32,000 nt of DNA. Origin: Candidatus Methanoperedens sp. GTDB taxonomy: Archaea; Halobacteriota; Methanosarcinia; Methanosarcinales; Methanoperedenaceae. The translations under genes were made by a program, and so were the position numbers. How positions within the stretch are numbered: position 1 is the first letter of the stretch; each line of letters opens with the position of its first letter. Below the pieces are notes generated by a model. It worked only from the letters and a program-made list of their open reading frames with translations. It ran no database searches and was not told the DNA's origin. The stretch is taken from NCBI GenBank assembly GCA_027460535.1, contig JAPZAR010000024.1, positions 90,001 to 122,000 on the forward strand, in the 5' to 3' direction. Of the stretch, positions 7,789 to 16,805 are shown piece after piece.

Positions 7789-7927
7789 TTATTGTCTGTT
7801 CGCCGTGCTGGTATATGAAACTGCCCATTTTTCAGGTATGGATATGCGAATCAAATATTCTAGACAATAGATTCGTTAAATATATCTGGATTGATTGTAA
7901 TCATTTTGTGAATTCAGAGATGACTGA

Positions 7928-8155
7928 ATGACAGAGGATAATGTAGTACTTATCGGGAACAAACCTGTGATTAATTATGTTCTCGCAGTGATTACGCAGT
8001 TCAATAATGGTGCCAGAGAAGTTACCATTAAATCAAGAGGAAGGGCAATATCAAGAGCTGTTGATGTAGCTGAGGTAACACGGAACAGGTTCCTGACCGA
8101 AGCCATTATAAAGGAAATAAGGATTGGCACTGAAAAAATGCCTTCGGAAAGATGA
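7928..8155 (+). CDS. albA: Alba chromatin/RNA-binding protein, ORF closed prematurely by an in-frame TGA
   Basis: [51 protein letters not shown] is a near-canonical Alba sequence. The ORF ends at TGA 8153-8155. The same frame continues ESNISTMEIVMVK to TAG at 8195-8197, matching the usual Alba C-terminal strand. Confidence 0.85.
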   Translation: MTEDNVVLIGNKPVINYVLAVITQFNNGAREVTIKSRGRAISRAVDVAEVTRNRFLTEAIIKEIRIGTEKMPSER

Positions 8156-8314
8156 GAATCAAACATCTCTACAATGGAAATTGTAATGGTTAAATAGTCA
8201 AAATCGCCGCAATATATCACAAATTATTTAAGCCTGCAGGGATAAGAACATTGATTGCCCGAAAAACGGGACAAAAACGGGGTACGGTATTATATAGGAT
8301 AGGCAACATCTGAA

Positions 8315-9295
8315 ATGAATTTAGTGAGGCAACGATCAATGTCATCTACATGGCACAGCTTTGGCTTTGAAATGAAAAACAAATACGTATGTATTTTAGC
8401 CGCAGCATTCTTTTTATTGGTTCCTGTTGTTTCTGCTCAGCAGGACGTATCCTGTTACCACTGCCACACGCAGGTGGTCAGTGAATTCAGAAATAATATC
8501 CATTACCAGATGGGTTTCACCTGTGCGAATTGTCATGGAGGGAATGCCCAATCAAATGTTTCTGTTGTATCTGTGGAGGCAATGTCCGGGAATTTCATAG
8601 GCAGGCCCTCGCGCGAGAATATAACGAATGTTTGCTCAAAGTGCCACATCAAGGAAGCCAATGACTACATGCAGAGCATACACTGGGAACAGATCAAAAA
8701 AGGTCATACCGAAGCCGCAACGTGTACCGATTGCCACGGCATACATGAAATTCGTGCGATAAGCGATCCCAATTCCTCTTCAAACCATCAGAACAGCCCG
8801 GCAACATGTGCAAAATGCCATTCCAACAAAGAGATGATGAGCGCATGGTATTATGGAATCAAGACAGACCGGCTGGATACCTATAAGGAATCCTTTCACT
8901 GGAAGGCTTTAAGCAATGGATATAATGTAGTGGCGACATGCGCTGACTGCCACAACAACCATCTCACGAAATCTACAACTGATCCCACTTCAAGCACTTA
9001 TCCTGAAAATCTCCCCAAGACCTGTGGTAAAGCGAACTGCCATCCTGGAGCTATATTAGATGTCAAGATCGCCGCTGGTCTGGTTCATGATAAGGAGTCA
9101 CTGCACACAGGAGAACTCAGTTTCAATAAGACAGGCATGGACCCACAGATGGATTCATATTTCTTGGGGCCATTTGATCTTGCATATTGGATAGCCCTAT
9201 TTTTCAAGATATTGACAACTGGCGTCATAGGCATATTTGCGGGCATGGTGCTTCTGGATTTCTTTTCAAGATTCAAGATTCAAAAGAGATGGTAA
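8315..9295 (+). CDS. Membrane-anchored multihaem c-type cytochrome (6 CxxCH + 1 CxxxxCH)
   Basis: Haem motifs CYHCH, CANCH, CSKCH, CTDCH, CAKCH and CADCH, plus CGKANCH. An N-terminal signal-like helix (ILAAAFFLLVPVVSA-QQ) suggests the true start may be the Met at 8372. There is a C-terminal hydrophobic anchor (WIALFFKILTTGVIGIFAGMVLL). Confidence 0.9.
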   Translation: MNLVRQRSMSSTWHSFGFEMKNKYVCILAAAFFLLVPVVSAQQDVSCYHCHTQVVSEFRNNIHYQMGFTCANCHGGNAQSNVSVVSVEAMSGNFIGRPSRENITNVCSKCHIKEANDYMQSIHWEQIKKGHTEAATCTDCHGIHEIRAISDPNSSSNHQNSPATCAKCHSNKEMMSAWYYGIKTDRLDTYKESFHWKALSNGYNVVATCADCHNNHLTKSTTDPTSSTYPENLPKTCGKANCHPGAILDVKIAAGLVHDKESLHTGELSFNKTGMDPQMDSYFLGPFDLAYWIALFFKILTTGVIGIFAGMVLLDFFSRFKIQKRW

Positions 9296-9298
9296 CTG

Positions 9299-10054
9299 AT
9301 GTCAAGACTTAAGCTAATGGAAGTCTCAGTTCCTAACGATTTAGCAGGAGATAGTACTATGGGTGAAGTTTTCTTTAAGCGGTTCACATTCAACCAGCTT
9401 GTACAGCATTGGGTAATGATAGGTACTTTCATGCTTTTAGTGGTCACAGGTATGGCTGTCAAATTCCCTGACTCATGGTGGTCTCCAATGATCATAGGCC
9501 TTGTTGGCGGATTTGAAATGCGGACGCAGATACACCATGCAGCGGGCATTGGGATGGTTCTTCTGGGGATATACCATGTTACATATCATATTTTTGTGGA
9601 TAAGGAATCTCTGCTTGAGCGCAAAGTCTGGCCGACGGTGAAGGATGCAACGGATTTCTGGCAAACGATACTCTTTTACATCGGAAAAGCAGAGCCCCCC
9701 AAATATGGAAGATATAGCTGGAAGGAAAAATTCGATTACTGGGGAGCTTTCTGGGGAATGGTGATGCTTTGCGTTACCGGATTGATAATGATGTTCCCTT
9801 TCGTGGCAATGAAATATATTCCTTATGCGTATGTGCAACTTTCAACCATCGTACATAGCGACGAGGCGCTGCTGGCGACCCTTTTCATCTTCATAGTCCA
9901 TTGGTGGAATGTTCATTATAGTCCCGAGGTATTTCCAATGTCAAAAGCCTGGATCACGGGGAACCTATCTGAGGAGCAGATGAAACATGAACATCCTCTT
10001 GAGTATGAAGAGGCCATGAGACAGATGAACCAGAGAAATGAAAAGATATCCTGA
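9299..10054 (+). CDS. Cytochrome b-type membrane subunit (FdnI/HydC, Ni_hydr_CYTB-like)
   Basis: 251 aa starting 4 nt after the cytochrome c stop. It has 4-5 TM helices with conserved His residues (QHW, IHHAAG, YHVTYH, VHSDEA, VHWWNVH), as in dihaem b subunits of quinol-oxidising complexes. Confidence 0.7.
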   Translation: MSRLKLMEVSVPNDLAGDSTMGEVFFKRFTFNQLVQHWVMIGTFMLLVVTGMAVKFPDSWWSPMIIGLVGGFEMRTQIHHAAGIGMVLLGIYHVTYHIFVDKESLLERKVWPTVKDATDFWQTILFYIGKAEPPKYGRYSWKEKFDYWGAFWGMVMLCVTGLIMMFPFVAMKYIPYAYVQLSTIVHSDEALLATLFIFIVHWWNVHYSPEVFPMSKAWITGNLSEEQMKHEHPLEYEEAMRQMNQRNEKIS

Positions 10055-10296
10055 TCTGGAATTTCACCAAAAATTGAAAGATATCAAAGTTCTCATATAG
10101 CCATCATCTTTTTTTTGCAGAATCGAGGCTCCAAGAGCGAGATAGCCGTTTAAGAAACATCCACCTGGAAATTATGCATGGACTTCCCATTGGAACTTTG
10201 GCATATCAATTCAGGCACCCAAATCACAGGAATAAATCCTGCCCAGGTTGAAGAAAAAACATTAGCAAATTCTTAAATATTCCATAGCGTATTGAA

Positions 10297-11484
10297 ATGA
10301 AATCAAAAAAATATGGGTCAAATTTAAATTCCGGAGATAACACCATGCATTATATGAAACATAATTATTGGGATGGGAAGCCCATTTCTCCCATACCTCT
10401 TGCCGGAAATATGACCGTTACCGAGCTGGTTGACGATGTATTCGATGCGATGGGATATAATGCAAAAAGACTGGCTGAGGCATGTCATCTGTTCAAGACC
10501 ATGATAGATAATAACTCGACAGTGTGCCTGACGCTGGCCGGTGCGATGAGCCCCGTAGGTATGGGTGGAGGAATCATTAAAATGATCGAGCGCGGTTTCA
10601 TAGATTGGATAGTAACGACAGGCGCCAATACCTATCATGATATGCATTTTGCATATAAGCTACCCGTGCATCAGGGAGATTACACAGCAGATGATAATGA
10701 ACTTGCAGACAACGATGTGGTCAGGATCTATGATGTTTACATCGACATGCAGCGAACGCTTATTGCCCAGGATAAGATTGTCCAGGCACTGACCCAGAAA
10801 GCTATTGAAAAAAATAAATTCCCTAAGAAATTCTCATCCGCACATTATTATAAAACTCTCGGTGAAGGAATACTGGAAACAGCGAATGCTCCTGAGTTAT
10901 CTTTCATCGCATCGGCATCAAAAAATGATATTCCGGTGTTTGTGCCCGCATTTGCTGATTCCTCTGTGGGGATGGGTACGAGCTACCTCCCGATAATAGC
11001 CTGCGCAAAATCAGGCTCGAAGGAACTTGATCCCCTGGATTTCATGGACCCAAGCCCCACGATGGATGTTCTGGAAAGCGCTGCAATCGTGTACCACAGC
11101 ATGATGGAAGATATCCCGCGCGGTGTCCTTGAGGTAGGTGGAGGCGTGCCAAAGAACTTCCTCCAGCAGACAGCCCCCACGATTTCCCAGATTCTGGGTA
11201 TGGAATGTCCGGGTGAGAATTATGTCATCCAGGTAACCGTGGACCGACCTGATGTCGGCGGTCTCTCAGGAGCCACGATAAATGAAGGCAAATCATGGGG
11301 CAAGATCCCGAAGGCCGGGGAAGGGAATGTAATACCTTACATTGACGCAACTGTTGGTGTGCCAATAATTTTCGCTTATGCCCTTGAGAACTGCAAACCC
11401 AGGAAGCCTAAGAGAATAAGCAGGAAACTGCCTGAAATCAGGCAGGAACTTGTTGAAGCTGCGATGGAGAACGTGAAAAAGTAA
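10297..11484 (+). CDS. dys: Deoxyhypusine synthase
   Basis: Motifs LTLAGAMSPVGMGG, TTGANTYHD and NEGKSWGKI (catalytic Lys region). The true start may be a downstream Met (10345 or 10354). Confidence 0.85.
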   Translation: MKSKKYGSNLNSGDNTMHYMKHNYWDGKPISPIPLAGNMTVTELVDDVFDAMGYNAKRLAEACHLFKTMIDNNSTVCLTLAGAMSPVGMGGGIIKMIERGFIDWIVTTGANTYHDMHFAYKLPVHQGDYTADDNELADNDVVRIYDVYIDMQRTLIAQDKIVQALTQKAIEKNKFPKKFSSAHYYKTLGEGILETANAPELSFIASASKNDIPVFVPAFADSSVGMGTSYLPIIACAKSGSKELDPLDFMDPSPTMDVLESAAIVYHSMMEDIPRGVLEVGGGVPKNFLQQTAPTISQILGMECPGENYVIQVTVDRPDVGGLSGATINEGKSWGKIPKAGEGNVIPYIDATVGVPIIFAYALENCKPRKPKRISRKLPEIRQELVEAAMENVKK

Positions 11485-11495
11485 TGCTGGGAGGA

Positions 11496-11735
11496 TTACT
11501 CCTCTTCGCGGGTTATCCAGTAAAGCGCTTTAAACCGCTCCGCAAAACCGTAGATATTCTTTGCCATTACAGCCCTGCCGTATTCGATCAATTCTCCTCC
11601 GCGGTCAAGGATATAAGTATTCTCGCCTAGTTTTGTCACTTTAAATATCTCGCCCTTATCTTCCGTTCCAACATGTAGAACGTCTCCGATCTTCAAACCT
11701 CTGAGATCCGGTCTTTTCGTTGTTTTCTCCACCAT
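11496..11735 (-). CDS. Small hypothetical protein
   Basis: 79-aa ORF, non-overlapping, lying downstream of tyrA on the same strand. No recognisable motif. Confidence 0.4.
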   Translation of the reverse strand: MVEKTTKRPDLRGLKIGDVLHVGTEDKGEIFKVTKLGENTYILDRGGELIEYGRAVMAKNIYGFAERFKALYWITREEE

Positions 11736-11778
11736 ACTATCACTATTCCTGTCTGCGTGTGTTCATTAATATTAAATC

Positions 11779-13080
11779 TTACCTGATCGTACAGCCAATC
11801 CCTCTTAGAATACCCTCAACACTTCCCTGGACAACCGAAGCATCATGATCCCCAAATATTGTGACCCTATATGTAACACTTTTTGTATTCTGTTTATTAT
11901 AAATATCCACGATCTCAACCGAGACCACACCATCTGACCTGCAGACAACGTGTTTTATAATATCCGGGTCTGAATCCTGTGGAATAAAAACTGAGATGTC
12001 ACGTGTCACATTTCTCAGATTGGATGCTTTCCAGGTGAGAAGTTCCTGTTCGTTCAAGAGTCTCACATTCTCGATCAAAAGCTCGGTGGTCTTCCCGGCC
12101 CTCTCTAAAAAAACCGTTCTTGGTGTTACTTTTTTTACAATACCGAAATGTATCACGCCAGAGTAAATGTGCCTTAGCGCGCGCGCGTGACCTATAGAGC
12201 GGACGAGTTCTTCATGCTCCGCTATCTTGGAGCCGATGAGTTTTTCTGAGCCCCGTAGGGCCGATTCGGTATCCCCGAAATGGACTGCGGCTTTTTTCAT
12301 GAGAGCCACAAATCCTTCGATATCCCCATTTCTTACGATCTCAGCCATCTGGTTGCACTGATTTATATAGGCCTTATGAACCTTCGCCACCTCTGGATTC
12401 ATCTGGATCATGGCGTAAAGATACGGGTTCTGGGCCAGTATCCTTCCCACAAGGTCAAGCATTATATCATACATCGGGCTCATGAACCGCCTGGATTTTG
12501 CCACATCGAACTCCAGCTCCCTGAAAACCGAGCCTATTGAGATATATGCAAAATGTGTGAGCCCCTGCACCACAGCCATCGTCCTGTCGTGCTGCGCCGA
12601 ATCCATTATCTCGATATGCGCACCATTATCCTCGTACAGGCTCCTTATGACCGGGAACCACCTGGAACTTCTCCCTTCAACAGGAGTAAAAATGACTATC
12701 TGTCCCCTGATATCAGGTATTGAAGGCCCGAACATGGGATGCGTTCCAAGTATCTCAATATCCACAGGCGCGTATTTTAGCATTGCTTCAACAGGACCTT
12801 TCTTAATTGATGTTATGTCCATAAGCAGGCTACCAGCAGACATTTTCGGAGCTATTTCACTTATGGTTTTTCCGGTTATATTTATCGGGACCGAGATCAT
12901 CACTATATCGCTTGTTTTTATCTCACTGTCAATATCCTCGGCAAACCGAACACCCAAAGCCTCAGCTATATCTTTTCTCTTATTGATCCCCCATATCACG
13001 ACTTCAAAACCATGCTTGCTATAAAATTTAACGAACCACCGTCCCGTTTCGCCCGTACCGCCAATGATCAATATTTTCAT
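11779..13080 (-). CDS. tyrA: Prephenate dehydrogenase with C-terminal regulatory-type extension
   Basis: N-terminal Rossmann motif KILIIGGTGETG and the HPMFGP motif of TyrA. It overlaps aroE by 4 nt. Confidence 0.8.
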   Translation of the reverse strand: MKILIIGGTGETGRWFVKFYSKHGFEVVIWGINKRKDIAEALGVRFAEDIDSEIKTSDIVMISVPINITGKTISEIAPKMSAGSLLMDITSIKKGPVEAMLKYAPVDIEILGTHPMFGPSIPDIRGQIVIFTPVEGRSSRWFPVIRSLYEDNGAHIEIMDSAQHDRTMAVVQGLTHFAYISIGSVFRELEFDVAKSRRFMSPMYDIMLDLVGRILAQNPYLYAMIQMNPEVAKVHKAYINQCNQMAEIVRNGDIEGFVALMKKAAVHFGDTESALRGSEKLIGSKIAEHEELVRSIGHARALRHIYSGVIHFGIVKKVTPRTVFLERAGKTTELLIENVRLLNEQELLTWKASNLRNVTRDISVFIPQDSDPDIIKHVVCRSDGVVSVEIVDIYNKQNTKSVTYRVTIFGDHDASVVQGSVEGILRGIGCTIR

Positions 13081-13892
13081 GCCAGTCTCTCCCTTACTGC
13101 TTTTTCCATGACATCAACTGGCGGTGTCTTCCCTGTCCATATCCTGAATGCTTCTGCACCCTGGTATACGAGCATCATTACCCCGTCGATAGTTCTTGCA
13201 CCCGCTTTCCTGGCTTCCTGGAGCAGTTTCGTGCTCATCGGATTGTAGACGATATCGAAAACCACCAGGCTGCTATGCATCATTTCCGAAGTTACCATGG
13301 TCTCCTCAATTTTCGGAAGCATGCCAACAGCGGTGGAGTTTATGAGAATATCACAGTTTGAAATCCGTTCCTTCAGATCATCAATACCACAACCCCTGGC
13401 TTTTCCAACATTTCTTACATCTTTCGCAAGAGCTTCCGCCCTCTCGACTGTCCTGTTGGCGATCGTGACACTGGCGCCATCCTTTGCCAGCTGGAACGCA
13501 ATTGCACGCGCAGCGCCCCCCGCGCCAAGGAGAAGTACATTTTTCCCTTTGACCTTGATGCCGTTGCTTTCAAGAGCCATTTTGGCACCGATGCCGTCAG
13601 TGTTATATCCCTGGATCCCATTTTTGAAATCCACCGTGTTCACGGCGCCTATCTGCTTTGCGAGATCTGATGGTTTTACTATTTCCAGGGCTTTTTCCTT
13701 CAGTGGAATGGTCAGGTTCAACCCGCCAAACCCAAGAGCGCATGCTCCGTGTATCGCATCTCGGAGGGCTTCAGGACTCACCCTGAATGCATGGTATTCG
13801 CACTCCAATCCCAGGGCTTTAAAGGCAGCATTATGCATGACCGGGGAAAGGCTGTGTGATACAGGGTCACCAAGGACACCGAACAATATCAT
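13077..13892 (-). CDS. aroE: Shikimate dehydrogenase
   Basis: FGVLGDPVSHSLSPVMHNAAF, YNTDGIG and LLGAGGAARA are canonical AroE motifs. Confidence 0.9.
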   Translation of the reverse strand: MILFGVLGDPVSHSLSPVMHNAAFKALGLECEYHAFRVSPEALRDAIHGACALGFGGLNLTIPLKEKALEIVKPSDLAKQIGAVNTVDFKNGIQGYNTDGIGAKMALESNGIKVKGKNVLLLGAGGAARAIAFQLAKDGASVTIANRTVERAEALAKDVRNVGKARGCGIDDLKERISNCDILINSTAVGMLPKIEETMVTSEMMHSSLVVFDIVYNPMSTKLLQEARKAGARTIDGVMMLVYQGAEAFRIWTGKTPPVDVMEKAVRERLA

Positions 13893-13902
13893 GCTATCTT
13901 AA

Positions 13903-14883
13903 TTACTGGTGAAGGTTAAAAAAGTATTCTGACAGGTTATCATAATGCGGTGGTTCTTTATGGACTTCCTTGATGTACCTGAACTCAAATATTTCCTGTT
14001 CAGGTAATCTTCTTGAAATATATTTTAAGCTATGAAGCACGGGCACGAAAGCCATAGTTGAGGCGACAAACTCGCACGACAATGCAGCGCAGTATTTGGG
14101 CGAGACACAGTAAGCATCAAGAACAAAATCCGCATCAACGATACCTGTGAGTTTCGATACTATCCCTGCCGCCTTCATGGGATCTTTCCGGATAAAATTA
14201 CTCGCCTTTTCATGCAGCTTCAGGAATCCCAATATCAAATCTGGATCCTGCATCAATTCCCTTCTGATTACTATCCCATAGCTTGGGTTATTGGGCCAGA
14301 GAACGTACGGTGCAATGATTATCTTAGCCCCGCACGCACGCGCTGCTGCCACAGCAAGTGATGGCGTCCCGACAGCGGCATCTATCTCCCTATCCGCCAG
14401 CGCCTCCAGCACAAAGTCCGTCCAAGCGAAATTCTTCACCCCAATGTCAAGTTTCGCTTCCTCCAGAGCATTTCGGATAATGACGTCGTGAATTGAGCCT
14501 CTGGGGGGGGAGCCGATGATTTTTCCCTTAAACTGCGAGAGTGCAGAATTGAAATCCTTCAGGTCATCAAAAATCCTGTATTCCTTTTGGGCTATCAACA
14601 CCGTGCCTTCGACATGTCCCCCTGCCACGCATGTTATCGGCACGCCTCGGTCAATGCCTATGATTGCGGGAGGGAGACCGATGTATCCTATATCTATTTC
14701 TTTGTTCTCAAAAGCCTTCACGATATCAGGACCTGAGGCAAAGAGTTTCCAGTTCGCCCGGATGCCAGCTTTATCGAGCCAGTCCGTGCCCATCAGGATA
14801 AAAGAGGTGTGATAGACGGTTGAGAGATGGCCGATGTTGATGGGCTTTAAGTTATCGTGATTGCCATTATCATTTTTCTTCAT
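13903..14883 (-). CDS. NMT1/THI5- or SsuA-like solute-binding-fold protein (no obvious signal peptide)
   Basis: 326 aa. The pattern INIGHL...FASGPDIVKAFENKEIDIGYIGLPPAI...VAGGHVEG resembles COG0715-type binding proteins. Memory-based assignment. Confidence 0.45.
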   Translation of the reverse strand: MKKNDNGNHDNLKPINIGHLSTVYHTSFILMGTDWLDKAGIRANWKLFASGPDIVKAFENKEIDIGYIGLPPAIIGIDRGVPITCVAGGHVEGTVLIAQKEYRIFDDLKDFNSALSQFKGKIIGSPPRGSIHDVIIRNALEEAKLDIGVKNFAWTDFVLEALADREIDAAVGTPSLAVAAARACGAKIIIAPYVLWPNNPSYGIVIRRELMQDPDLILGFLKLHEKASNFIRKDPMKAAGIVSKLTGIVDADFVLDAYCVSPKYCAALSCEFVASTMAFVPVLHSLKYISRRLPEQEIFEFRYIKEVHKEPPHYDNLSEYFFNLHQ

Positions 14884-15430
14884 ACTTCTTGTACATCTTC
14901 TTCAAATCCAGAAGGCCCTCATAAACCCCAATTTTTTTGCTTATCCTCTCAAGATACTCCATTTTAAGAGAATTATACTGTCTTATGTAAATACCAAGAG
15001 CATCCTTGATATCCTGTTCCCTTGAAAAAAGTAACTTGTTTGCAATTGTATCCTCTGGAGAGGCTATGTAAATCACAGTATCATCGAGCCTTACTTTCTT
15101 TTTATTTCTGAGCACTCTTTCATCCAACTCGCTGTAAACTCCCTTAATGTCCAGTCTGAGCATTGTTTCTTTATCTTCAATTGTGCTGTGAGATTTTTCC
15201 AGAAGCGCAGCTCGCATATCATTTTCAGATGCGTAGAACCCATTTTCTTGCAGGAACTTCATTAGGACAGGTATATCTTTATCTGAAAACTGAATAACAT
15301 AATCAATATCCATTGTAGTCCTAGGATTGCCATAGAACAGGACTGCTATCCCTCCTACGATGACGTATTCTATGCTATTCTCGTCCAGGAAATTACACAC
15401 CAGATTTAAAATGTCTTCAATTTTCCTCAT
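14870..15430 (-). CDS. Minimal nucleotidyltransferase-fold protein
   Basis: 186 aa. YVIVGGIAVLFYGNPRTTMDIDYVI is the GG...(R)xT.DxD signature of pol-beta-type NTases (AbiEii/DUF6036-like). Confidence 0.5.
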   Translation of the reverse strand: MRKIEDILNLVCNFLDENSIEYVIVGGIAVLFYGNPRTTMDIDYVIQFSDKDIPVLMKFLQENGFYASENDMRAALLEKSHSTIEDKETMLRLDIKGVYSELDERVLRNKKKVRLDDTVIYIASPEDTIANKLLFSREQDIKDALGIYIRQYNSLKMEYLERISKKIGVYEGLLDLKKMYKKYEEK

Positions 15431-15587
15431 GCTGGGCCTTCTTTACTCGCAAGGCGAAATCGATCAGGTCCATCCCCTGACGAAGGGTTGCAAGACCAGA
15501 GAATTTCCTTGCCCTGAATGCATCGCGTACCAGTTCTTTTTCTGTGGTTTCCCTGACTTTTTTCCTGAGTTCTTCTAAATCCATCAT
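15417..15587 (-). CDS. Small helical ORF upstream of the NTase (possible partner/antitoxin)
   Basis: A 56-aa ORF not in the supplied track because it is under 60 aa: MMDLEELRKKVRETTEKELVRDAFRARKFSGLATLRQGMDLIDFALRVKKAQHEEN. Its end overlaps the NTase start by 14 nt. Confidence 0.3.
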   Translation of the reverse strand: MMDLEELRKKVRETTEKELVRDAFRARKFSGLATLRQGMDLIDFALRVKKAQHEEN

Positions 15588-15724
15588 TTATAATATCAAT
15601 AATTCTTTTATTATTCTAATAGCTTGCTCAGGTTCAGAGGTCACTATTGGCCAAAAGTGACCGACAGACTTTAGCATCGATATAATAAACTCTTATATCC
15701 CCCCTCCAACAATCCATATCCCCC

Positions 15725-16201
15725 ATGATACCGATAGAAAAATCCTCAGGCATAGGCGGCATGCTCACGGCATTCAGGAAACTTGTACGGGGCAGGGAAA
15801 AGATAACCTTCATAGGCTGCCCGGGCTGGTGCAACCCTTTCGCTGAGCTGCTTGGTTATGTCCTGCGCGATGCAGGGAAAGAAATGGTCTTTATTCCGAA
15901 CCTGAGGAAAGGTATGGCTGTAAAGGTAATAATGACAGATTACGGCATGCAGCTCGGAGAGAAAGCCGATCCTTCCTCTGACACGGTGGTACTTCTTGGA
16001 GGCCTTGCGATGCCCAAGATGGAAGTTGATGTTAATGATCTCAAGACACTGATCAATGAGGTCACGGATGGGCATTCCGGAAAGCAGATACTTGGGGTCT
16101 GCATCGGCGGGGTTTTCCAGAAAGCAGGATGGGATAAGCTGGTCGATTTTGATTACCTGATGGACGCAGATATGGAAGTCACGACATACGCGTTCAAATG
16201 A
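15725..16201 (+). CDS. Conserved archaeal hypothetical protein (DUF2124-like)
   Basis: 158-aa ORF overlapping the next gene by 4 nt. The resemblance to methanogen DUF2124 proteins is recalled from memory only. Confidence 0.4.
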   Translation: MIPIEKSSGIGGMLTAFRKLVRGREKITFIGCPGWCNPFAELLGYVLRDAGKEMVFIPNLRKGMAVKVIMTDYGMQLGEKADPSSDTVVLLGGLAMPKMEVDVNDLKTLINEVTDGHSGKQILGVCIGGVFQKAGWDKLVDFDYLMDADMEVTTYAFK

Positions 16202-16752
16202 GTCCAGAAGTAAACAATATATTGTCAAAGAATAAAGCTGTAAGTGATAAAATGGAATGGGAAACCGATGCGGCCAGAGAGCTTGAGAAAGTACCCGAGC
16301 ATGTACGAAAAATGGCAAAAATGGGTATCGAAGCATCTGTAGAAAAGAAGGGAAAAAACATTGTAACCCTGGGCGATGTTAAAGAAGCTGCGGAGCGTTT
16401 TGGCGCTTTAATGGAAAAGGATGAAAAGGCAAAGAAGATTGCTGTGGTCAGGTGTGATATCGTAAGTGAGACCTGCCCCGGCGTGGCATGCTTCAAGGCT
16501 TTCAATAAAAGGAAAGTTCATTTCAGCGGGTACGGCGAAGCTGAGATCATTGGATTTTTCACATGCGGAGGATGCCCTGGCAGGCGGGTCTTCAGGCTTG
16601 TGGACAGTCTTCAGAAGCACGGCGTGGATGCGATTCACATAAGTTCATGCATGTTGATGGAAGGCGGTTATCCAAAATGCCCCCATATAGACGAGATAAA
16701 GCAGATGATACTTAAAAAAGGAGTGAAGGTCGTCGAGGGGACGCATCATTGA
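16198..16752 (+). CDS. CGGC-domain protein with N-terminal PCP_red-like domain
   Basis: The N-terminus WETDAARELEKVPEHVRKMAKMGIE matches the protochlorophyllide-reductase C-terminal-like (PCP_red) pattern. The C-terminus has FFTCGGCPGRR, the CGGC domain signature, plus extra Cys residues. Confidence 0.65.
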   Translation: MSPEVNNILSKNKAVSDKMEWETDAARELEKVPEHVRKMAKMGIEASVEKKGKNIVTLGDVKEAAERFGALMEKDEKAKKIAVVRCDIVSETCPGVACFKAFNKRKVHFSGYGEAEIIGFFTCGGCPGRRVFRLVDSLQKHGVDAIHISSCMLMEGGYPKCPHIDEIKQMILKKGVKVVEGTHH

Positions 16753-16805
16753 GAGGCTTTATGTCTGGAAAAAGACAGTAATGGAGCTATTAGAAAGCTT
16801 TATTA

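Noticed and set aside
7928-8197. Genome-wide TGA reassignment, or selenocysteine, as the explanation for the alba TGA
   Set aside because: TGA terminates other well-defined genes here (hicB, cytochrome b). No SECIS-like element was recognised, and Sec is not expected in this lineage. Only local readthrough, a mutation or a sequencing error remain as options.
12482-13902. Long antisense ORFs opposite tyrA and aroE (12482-13024, 13297-13902); similar cases at 15746-16336, 20550-20975 and 21846-22454
   Set aside because: Each is nested in a well-supported gene on the other strand and has no motifs of its own. They are treated as shadow ORFs.
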